A stretch of DNA of 64,000 nt, from NCBI GenBank assembly GCA_001776935.1, contig MFDN01000001.1:165449-229448 (forward strand), read 5' to 3'. Position numbers and translations under genes: made by a program. The notes beneath the pieces are model-generated. The model made no database searches and had not been told where the DNA came from. It saw only the letters and a program-made list of their open reading frames with translations. Source of the stretch: Candidatus Daviesbacteria bacterium RIFCSPLOWO2_01_FULL_39_23. Lineage in GTDB: Bacteria; Patescibacteriota; Microgenomatia; Daviesbacterales; UBA10151. This document shows, piece after piece, positions 57,085 through 64,000 of the stretch; position 1 is the stretch's first letter; every line of letters begins with the position of its first letter.

Positions 57085-58484
57085 ATAAAGCGCTTTTTTA
57101 CTTAACTTTATTTCTTTTTGCTTTTATTCCCCTTTACCCTAAGTTCCCGCTTTTTAACATTAAAGGTACCTTTGTAGCGGTAAGAATCGAAGATTTTCTA
57201 ATTGCCTTAACTATTGGGTTATGGATATCTTACATATTGATTAATAAAAAATTATCCGTTGTTTTAAAGGATAATACTAATAAGGCAATATTGCTATTTT
57301 TCTCAATCGGCATATTATCCCTCTTTTCAGCGCTGTTTTTAACGCACTCGATTACGCCGCATATAGGGGTACTGCATTTTCTCAGAAGGGTGGAATTAAT
57401 TTTTCTTTTGCCTGTTGTTGTGACAATTTTTAATACAAAGAAAAGATTGATTTCTGTATTAATTGTTTTATTCTTAACCCTGATAGTAACTAACTTATAT
57501 GGATTAGGACAGCAATATTTGGACTGGCCGGTTATATCTACAACAAATTCTGAATTTGCCAAAGGTTTAATATTAAGGCTCACTCCGGGTGCAAGGGTAA
57601 ATTCTACTTTTGCCGGGCATTACGATTTTGCAGTGTTTTTATCGGCTGCCATTGTTTTTCTTGCAGCATTATTTTTTGCATTAAATAAGTTTTGGAAAAT
57701 GCCGATATTAATTTTAGGCGGTCTTTCCCTTTTTGTATTAATACTGACAGCTGCAAGGGTATCGTTTGTATCGATTTTTGTCGGTTTAATCTTTGCACTA
57801 ATTTTTGCCAAAAAGAAAAAATATCTGTTATTGGTTATTGTTGCGCTTACATTAATTGCTGTTTATCCATCTCAGCTTAGGGATAGATTTATTTCAACAA
57901 TAACAGTCAATCTGCTTAATACAGGTAAAAGATATGAAGGTAGGAACGTAAACCAACAGCTGGAAAATAAATTAAATATTCCTACTTTAGCTTATAAAAT
58001 GGCAAGCCGTTCGGCAAATTTCCCAGCTTTCTCCGCTACTGCTGCCGGTGTGCCGGCTGATATAGCTCCCGGTGAACCGGTTGACGGGACACAGTTAGGC
58101 GTTTATAGGTCATTTCAAATAAGGTTAAATATAGAGTGGCCAAGAGCCGTAAGGGCCTTTCTAAAAAATCCCTTTTTGGGTACAGGGTATTCATCAATAG
58201 GAATTGCTACCGATAATGACTTTTTAAGGTCTCTGGGAGAGGTGGGGCTTTTGGGGACGATTGCATTTTCTTTGATACTAATTTCTATCTGGAAAAAGAT
58301 ATCTCAAGGAGTAAAAAGCGGAGATAAGATAATCAGATTTTTTTCTGCAGGTTCACTTGCTGCAATAATTGTCTTTTTGGTAAACGGTTTATTTATTGAT
58401 GTATTTGAGGCATCAAAAGTAGCATCTCTTTTTTGGATGATATTAGGATTAAATTTAGCTGTTTTAAATCTTAAGGAAGAATAG
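57081..58484 (+). CDS. O-antigen ligase / O-oligosaccharyltransferase family protein (Wzy_C domain)
   Basis: About 12 TM; RVNSTFAGHYD, LTAAR, R...W..A...F..NPFLGTG, TDNDFLR.LGEVGLLG. Confidence 0.8.
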   Translation: MNKALFYLTLFLFAFIPLYPKFPLFNIKGTFVAVRIEDFLIALTIGLWISYILINKKLSVVLKDNTNKAILLFFSIGILSLFSALFLTHSITPHIGVLHFLRRVELIFLLPVVVTIFNTKKRLISVLIVLFLTLIVTNLYGLGQQYLDWPVISTTNSEFAKGLILRLTPGARVNSTFAGHYDFAVFLSAAIVFLAALFFALNKFWKMPILILGGLSLFVLILTAARVSFVSIFVGLIFALIFAKKKKYLLLVIVALTLIAVYPSQLRDRFISTITVNLLNTGKRYEGRNVNQQLENKLNIPTLAYKMASRSANFPAFSATAAGVPADIAPGEPVDGTQLGVYRSFQIRLNIEWPRAVRAFLKNPFLGTGYSSIGIATDNDFLRSLGEVGLLGTIAFSLILISIWKKISQGVKSGDKIIRFFSAGSLAAIIVFLVNGLFIDVFEASKVASLFWMILGLNLAVLNLKEE

Positions 58485-59942
58485 ATGAGAGTGTTAAAAA
58501 TTTTTACAAGTCAATATTTTTGGTTACTGCTTATAGTTTTTTTTGGTCTTTTAGCGCGGCTTTATAAGATTGATTCCCCTATTGCTGATTGGCATTCCTG
58601 GAGACAGGCGGACACCGCGGCAGTCACCAGGAATTTTGTTAAAGAAGGTTTTAATCCTTTTATACCAAAATATGATGATATGTCCGGAGTTTCGGAAAAG
58701 CCTCTTGTTAATCCTAATACTTTCAGGTTTGTGGAATTTCCAATATATAATATAGCAACATATCCTTTTTATTTGCTTTTTGGAGTAGAAGATAGATTTT
58801 CCCGTTTAGTGTCTGTTCTGTTTTCTCTGGGAAGTATTGTTTTTCTATACCTGATAAGTAAAAGATATTTTGGGACTTTTGTATCACTTTTGACAGCGTT
58901 AATTTATGCTTTGTTGCCGTTTAATGTTTTTTTCTCAAGAACAATCTTGCCTGAACCTACTTTTTTGTTTTTTGCGCTGGGGATGATGTATTTTGTTGAT
59001 TTGTGGATTGGAAGCGGTAAAGGAGTTTGGGGAGTGTGGGGATTTATTTTTACTGCTTTAGCTTTTTTGATGAAACCATGGGCAATATTTTTTATACCCC
59101 CTATTTTATATTCTCTTTTTTCAAAATATGGCTTTAAAATTCCACATAAGTTTTTTCTGCTTATTTTAGCAATTGCGCCTTTTATATTTTGGAGGCTTTG
59201 GATTCTGCAGCAGCCGCAGGGCATACCTGCTTCAAGCTGGCTTATGAATTCGGATAATATCCGTTTTAGACCGGCCTTTTGGTGGTGGTTAATTTCGGAA
59301 AGGCTGGGAAGAGAAATTTTAGCTGTGCCGGGAGTGGTGCTTTTTGTTGTCGGATTATTAACAAAGCCCAAAAAAAGCTTTTTTATGCATGTTTGGCTTC
59401 TTTCGATGTTTTCATATTTTATAATTTTTGCAACCGGCAATATAAGGCATAATTATTACCAGTATATTTTTGTTCCGGTGGCGGCTGTTTTTTTCACTTT
59501 GGGATTTGTTAAATTAATTTCGGGAATCAGGGACTTTTTGCCAAGAATATGGACAATACCGTTGGCGTTTTTCTTTTTGATTTTGGCATTTTACTTTACC
59601 TGGTACCAGGTAAAGGGGTTTTATCAAATCAATAATCCGGTTATAATTGAGGCAGGCAAAGCGGCAGACAAGCTTTTGCCCAAGGATGCTGTTGTGGTGG
59701 CCCCATATAACGGCGATACTGCTTTTTTGTATCAGACAAACAGAAAAGGATGGCCGGTGACAGCCCTGCCTTTAAAAGAGCTGGCAACGGATTATGGTGC
59801 CACTCATTTTGTTTCCACCACGCATGATGATAAAACGAATTGGGTGATCCGCCACTTTCAGGTTTTAGAAAATAATCCCGGCTTTGTTATTGCTGATTTA
59901 ACAAAAGTTGTGAACTCTCTGGAAGGCGACCCGGAACCATAA
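58485..59942 (+). CDS. GT39/GT83 (ArnT-like) membrane glycosyltransferase
   Basis: DWHSWRQADTAAV.RNF, EFPIY, R..S, FSR..LPE, KP, HNYYQ. Confidence 0.85.
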   Translation: MRVLKIFTSQYFWLLLIVFFGLLARLYKIDSPIADWHSWRQADTAAVTRNFVKEGFNPFIPKYDDMSGVSEKPLVNPNTFRFVEFPIYNIATYPFYLLFGVEDRFSRLVSVLFSLGSIVFLYLISKRYFGTFVSLLTALIYALLPFNVFFSRTILPEPTFLFFALGMMYFVDLWIGSGKGVWGVWGFIFTALAFLMKPWAIFFIPPILYSLFSKYGFKIPHKFFLLILAIAPFIFWRLWILQQPQGIPASSWLMNSDNIRFRPAFWWWLISERLGREILAVPGVVLFVVGLLTKPKKSFFMHVWLLSMFSYFIIFATGNIRHNYYQYIFVPVAAVFFTLGFVKLISGIRDFLPRIWTIPLAFFFLILAFYFTWYQVKGFYQINNPVIIEAGKAADKLLPKDAVVVAPYNGDTAFLYQTNRKGWPVTALPLKELATDYGATHFVSTTHDDKTNWVIRHFQVLENNPGFVIADLTKVVNSLEGDPEP

Positions 59943-59952
59943 AGCTTTAATC

Positions 59953-61140
59953 ATGAAAGTACTCATGCTGACACCGTATCTTCCTTATCCGCTTTTGACC
60001 GGAGGGCAGACCAGATCGTTTAATTTAATTAAAAGACTGTCTGCTTTGGGACACAAGATCACTCTTTTTTGTTTGGTTAAAAGCAATAACGAAAGAAAGT
60101 ATGTAGGGGAGCTTGAAAAGTTTTGCGAGGAGGTTAAGGTGTTTAACCGGTCAGAAAAACCATGGACAGCAGGAAATATTTTAAGGACCGGTTTTTCTTT
60201 CTATCCTTTTTTAGTTGTCAGGAATTGGGCAAAAGGAGAAAAAAACGCTATTTCGGAAAAATTGAAAGAAGCAAAATTTGACTTAATTCATGCGGAAACT
60301 TTTTACGTTATGCCCCATATTCCAAAAACCCAAATACCGATCCTTTTGGTTGAGCAAACAATTGAATATTTGGTTTACCGGCATTTTGTGGATCAATTTA
60401 AGATACCAATGTTAAAACCGCTTTTATATACGGATGTTATAAAAATGAAATACTGGGAGCTTAAGTATTGGAAAATGGCTGCAAGGGTTGTTGCGATGTC
60501 TGATGAGGATAAAAAAACCATGATAAATGAAATTAGCGGACTTGATGTGGATATCGTACCCAACGGAGTGGACAGTGATTATTTTAACGAGTCGATCACT
60601 AAAAGATCTCGCTCGCCTATTGTTTTATATTTAGGAAACTTTACCTGGCTGCAAAACAGGGAAGCAGTTGAGGTTTTAATTAAAGAAGTATGGGGGAAAA
60701 TTAAGGAAAAGATGCCTGCGGCCAAGCTTTGGATTGTCGGCAAGGAAGCAAAGAGTTTTTTTGCAAATTTACAATCCGGAGATATTGAAGTTACAGAGGT
60801 TTTAGATGTGAGAGCTGTTTATCAAAAAGCATCTGTTTTAGTTGCGCCTATTTACGGCGGAGGCGGTACAAGATATAAGAATTTTGAGGCTTTTGCGTCC
60901 GGACTTCCTGTGGTCACCACTTCTATAGGTATAAGAGGAACAGATGCTCATGACGGCGGCGAAGTTATTATCAGGGATAAACCGGATGAGATTGCAGGCG
61001 CGGCCGTACGCTTATTAACCGATCAAATCCTGGCAAAAAAGATTGCGGAAAACGCAAGAAAAATGGTTAGGGAAAAATATGATTGGGATCCTATTGCCAG
61101 AAAGCTGAGCGAGGTTTACGAAGATCTCGGTAAAAAATGA
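59953..61140 (+). CDS. GT4 family glycosyltransferase
   Basis: PYLPYP..GG..R, VPNGVD, GNF.W..N, GGGTRYKNFEAFASG.PVVTT. Confidence 0.9.
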   Translation: MKVLMLTPYLPYPLLTGGQTRSFNLIKRLSALGHKITLFCLVKSNNERKYVGELEKFCEEVKVFNRSEKPWTAGNILRTGFSFYPFLVVRNWAKGEKNAISEKLKEAKFDLIHAETFYVMPHIPKTQIPILLVEQTIEYLVYRHFVDQFKIPMLKPLLYTDVIKMKYWELKYWKMAARVVAMSDEDKKTMINEISGLDVDIVPNGVDSDYFNESITKRSRSPIVLYLGNFTWLQNREAVEVLIKEVWGKIKEKMPAAKLWIVGKEAKSFFANLQSGDIEVTEVLDVRAVYQKASVLVAPIYGGGGTRYKNFEAFASGLPVVTTSIGIRGTDAHDGGEVIIRDKPDEIAGAAVRLLTDQILAKKIAENARKMVREKYDWDPIARKLSEVYEDLGKK

Positions 61141-62270
61141 ATAAACTAAAAATAATTATAGACGGCAGAATGTATCGGGAATCAGGGATAGGCAGGTATA
61201 TAAGGAATTTAATTTCCAAGCTTAAAATTATTGATAAGGAAAATGAATATTTTATTCTTCATCTAAAAAATGATTATGATAATTTGGAATATGGCGGTAA
61301 TTTTCATAAAGTGCTTGCTAATTTTCGGTGGTATGGAGTTGGGGAACAGCTCAGACTGCCAAAGCTTTTGAGTGAAATAAAGGCAGATTTAGTACACTTC
61401 CCTCATTTTAACGCACCGCTTTTTTACCGCGGGAAATATGTGGTAACAGTGCATGATTTGATCCACCAGAATTTTTCTATGCAAAGAGCAACTACTCACG
61501 GGCCAATCGTATATAAACTGAAAAAAATCGGCTATAAAAAAGTATTTAAAATGGCGTTGAAAAGATCAGTAAAAATCCTGGTGCCTTCGGATTTTGTTAA
61601 AGATCAATTAATAAAGGATTGGAGAGTTGATGATGATAAAGTTGAAGTGACGTATGAGGCGGTGGATGAGGGGATATTTAAAATTGTGCGTGCTTTGAAT
61701 AAAAATAAAATTAATAAAATTTTAGAAAAATTCGGTATTAAAGCCCCTTATATTTTCTATGTGGGAAATGCGCATCCGCATAAAAATGTGGAAGGGTTAA
61801 TTAAAGCGTTTCAAGACATAAGGGCAAAATACCCGGATCTTTTATTGGTGTTATCAGGGAATGATCATTACTTTTGGCAAAGGATTAAAAAAGAATTTCA
61901 GGATAAAAATATTATCTATACGGACTATGTTAGCGATGAGGAATTGGTGGGTCTTTATACAAATGCTTTGGCATTTGTATCACCGTCTTTGGAGGAAGGC
62001 TTTGGAATTCCTTTGCTTGAAGCTATGGCCTGCGGCTGTCCGGTAGTTTCTTCTGATGCGGGAAGTCTGCCGGAGGTTGGCGGAGATGCGGCTGTTTATT
62101 TTAACTCCAAGAGCATAGGCGATATGAGCGAAAAAATTTCTAAAATTTTGGATGATGCGGGGTTAAGAAAGAGCTTAAGAGATAAAGGACTAACAAGATG
62201 CGCTCAATTCAGTTGGCTGACGCTAGCGCAGAAGACTTTGGAGGTTTACGAAAAATGCGCGTTGCAATAG
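61137..62270 (+). CDS. GT4 family glycosyltransferase (MtfB-like)
   Basis: SGIGRY, HFPHFNAP, TVHDL, VGN..PHKN, EGFGIPLLEAMACG. Confidence 0.9.
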   Translation: MNKLKIIIDGRMYRESGIGRYIRNLISKLKIIDKENEYFILHLKNDYDNLEYGGNFHKVLANFRWYGVGEQLRLPKLLSEIKADLVHFPHFNAPLFYRGKYVVTVHDLIHQNFSMQRATTHGPIVYKLKKIGYKKVFKMALKRSVKILVPSDFVKDQLIKDWRVDDDKVEVTYEAVDEGIFKIVRALNKNKINKILEKFGIKAPYIFYVGNAHPHKNVEGLIKAFQDIRAKYPDLLLVLSGNDHYFWQRIKKEFQDKNIIYTDYVSDEELVGLYTNALAFVSPSLEEGFGIPLLEAMACGCPVVSSDAGSLPEVGGDAAVYFNSKSIGDMSEKISKILDDAGLRKSLRDKGLTRCAQFSWLTLAQKTLEVYEKCALQ

Positions 62271-63271
62271 TTCATGATGATTTAGTTCAATGGGGAGGGG
62301 CAGAAAAGGTATTGCTGGGACTATCGGAAATTTATCCGGATGCTCCTATTTATACATCTGTGTATGATAGCGGCAATAAGCAGCTTACAGAGAAGTTCGG
62401 GTCAAAAAAAATAATTACCTCTTTTCTGCAGAAAATCCCCGGTTGGAAAATTCTATATAAGATGCTTTTACCTCTCTATCCTATGGTTTTTGAGCAGTTC
62501 GATTTCTCCCGATATGATTTAGTGATTTCCCACACCACCCGTTTTGCAAAATGCATAATAACCAAACCACAGACAAAACATATTTGTTATTGTCATACGC
62601 CGCCCAGATTTTTATGGCATTTTTCAGGTGTCGGCCGTTTCGGAATAGGCGAGATATTGCTATCCGGACTTAGGGCTTATGATCAGTTGTCGGCCCGGAG
62701 AGTGGATCATTTTATTGCAGGTTCAGAAAATGCCCGAAAAAGGATTAAGAAAATTTATGGGAAAGACTCAAAAGTTATTCATCCATTTGTTGATTTGAAA
62801 ATTTACCAAGATATTGAGGGTTTTGACGGCGGATATTATTTGATGATCGGCAGGCCAAAAAGCTACAAAAGATTTGAATTTGTAAAAGATTTTTGCAATA
62901 AAAGAGGGATACAGCTTAGGGTTATTTCCGGAGGGTGGGATGATGAAATGGTTGTTTGGATTTTGGCAGGCTGCAAAGCTTTAATAATACCCGGAATTGA
63001 GGACTTTGGATTAACCAGTCTGGAAGCGCAGGTTTTGGGCAAGCCGGTTGTGGCGTTTAAAGAAGGCGGGGCTTTAGAAACCGTGGTGCCATCTATTACG
63101 GGAGTTTTTTTTGAAAAATACTCAGAAGACAGTTTACAAAGTGCATTAATTAAGTTAAACTCCCTTAAAATAAATCCCAAAGACTGCAGGAAAAACGCAG
63201 AAAAATTCAGCAAGGATGAATTTATAAAAAATTTCAAGCAAGCAGTTGATAGTTTGTTGTACACTAAATAA
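62255..63271 (+). CDS. GT4 family glycosyltransferase (WbaZ-like mannosyltransferase)
   Basis: MRVAIVHDDL...GGAEKVL, CYCHTPPR, YKR, EDFGLTSLEAQ.LGKPV...GGA.ETV. Confidence 0.9.
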   Translation: MRVAIVHDDLVQWGGAEKVLLGLSEIYPDAPIYTSVYDSGNKQLTEKFGSKKIITSFLQKIPGWKILYKMLLPLYPMVFEQFDFSRYDLVISHTTRFAKCIITKPQTKHICYCHTPPRFLWHFSGVGRFGIGEILLSGLRAYDQLSARRVDHFIAGSENARKRIKKIYGKDSKVIHPFVDLKIYQDIEGFDGGYYLMIGRPKSYKRFEFVKDFCNKRGIQLRVISGGWDDEMVVWILAGCKALIIPGIEDFGLTSLEAQVLGKPVVAFKEGGALETVVPSITGVFFEKYSEDSLQSALIKLNSLKINPKDCRKNAEKFSKDEFIKNFKQAVDSLLYTK

Positions 63272-63915
63272 TGGATATTTTATCTATGCTTTATAATGTT
63301 TTAAAAAGGTTAGTGGATATTGGCGGGTCCCTTTTCGGATTAATTATTCTCTCTCCCCTGCTTTTTCTTGTTGCCTTGGCTATTAAACTGGATTCCGAGG
63401 GTCCGGTTATGGCAGATACTCCGGCCCGATCCGGTAAAGACGGCAAGCTTTTTAAAATCTATAAATTCCGCTCAATGGTGCAGAATGCACACGAGATTTT
63501 AGAGAAAAATCCTAAGCTTTTGGAAGAATATAAAAAAAACAGCTATAAAATATTTAATGATCCAAGAGTCACAAGAGTGGGAAAGTTTATTAGAAAATAC
63601 TCAATTGATGAATTTCCGCAATTTTTTAATATTTTAAAAGGCGATATGAGCTTGGTGGGACCGCGCGCATATTACCCGTATGAGCTTGAGGAGCAGCAGA
63701 AAAACTATCCCGCATCCAGGAAATATGTTAAGGTTATTTTATCCGGGAAACCGGGTTTAACAGGGGTCTGGCAGGTTACAGGAAGATCGGAAATAAATTT
63801 TGACAAAAGGGTTCAGATGGATGCAGATTATGTTAAAAGAAAATCTATTTTATACGATTTTTGGATTATGGCAAAAACAATACCGGCTGTAATATCGGGA
63901 AGGGGCGCGGTGTAA
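63271..63915 (+). CDS. sugar transferase (initiating phosphoglycosyltransferase, PglC/WbaP C-terminal type)
   Basis: KRLVDI, single hydrophobic segment, F.IYKFRSM, DPRVTRVG, R..SIDEFPQF.N..KGDMSLVGPR, KPGLTG.WQV.GR. Confidence 0.93.
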   Translation: MDILSMLYNVLKRLVDIGGSLFGLIILSPLLFLVALAIKLDSEGPVMADTPARSGKDGKLFKIYKFRSMVQNAHEILEKNPKLLEEYKKNSYKIFNDPRVTRVGKFIRKYSIDEFPQFFNILKGDMSLVGPRAYYPYELEEQQKNYPASRKYVKVILSGKPGLTGVWQVTGRSEINFDKRVQMDADYVKRKSILYDFWIMAKTIPAVISGRGAV

Positions 63916-63916
63916 T

Positions 63917-64000
63917 ATGCTTACTAATTTAAACAGGAAGTTAGATTATAATAAAAAATATCTGAGGAAAACTTCAGGGAAGGGTAAAAAAAGATTAGTT
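63917..64000 (+). CDS. possible 5' end of the next gene (basic N-terminal tail), truncated by the window
   Basis: ATG 1 nt after the previous stop; open to the edge: MLTNLNRKLDYNKKYLRKTSGKGKKRLV. Confidence 0.35.
   Translation, partial: MLTNLNRKLDYNKKYLRKTSGKGKKRLV

Noticed and set aside
58904-59440. 178 aa antisense ORF and the many other 60-133 aa antisense or nested ORFs in the track
   Set aside because: They overlap well-supported genes and show no motifs; expected shadows of hydrophobic or AT-rich coding sequence.

Overview
The whole 64 kb window is one AT-rich, densely packed cell-surface glycan biosynthesis region of about 57 CDSs. I found no rRNA, tRNA, CRISPR array or intact transposase. 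From left to right it holds: a ThDP-dependent (YerE/acetolactate-synthase-like) enzyme cut by the left edge and missed by the ORF track; a divergently transcribed legionaminic-acid-type nonulosonate pathway with amidino, formyl, deacetylase and oxidoreductase tailoring genes; AsnB, GT2, a Wzx flippase, GT11 and methyltransferases; a four-gene phosphonate module (cytidylyltransferase-PEP mutase fusion, phosphonopyruvate decarboxylase, Fe-type phosphonoacetaldehyde reductase, TagF-like transferase) predicted to attach 2-hydroxyethylphosphonate to a surface glycan; an amino-sugar cassette; Wzm/Wzt; about nine GT-C-type polytopic glycosyltransferases; several GT4s; an O-antigen-ligase-like protein; and an initiating phosphoglycosyltransferase. 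Non-coding signals are a ~165 bp structured IS200/IS605-like mini-element fused into the TagF 3' end, in-frame palindromic and heptamer insertions in a GT4, an intergenic heptamer inverted repeat, and many sigma70 -10 boxes only 6-7 nt before start codons (apparent leaderless mRNAs). Gene style suggests a Patescibacteria/CPR (Microgenomates-like) host, but that is inference only. All family calls come from motif reading, not database searches.
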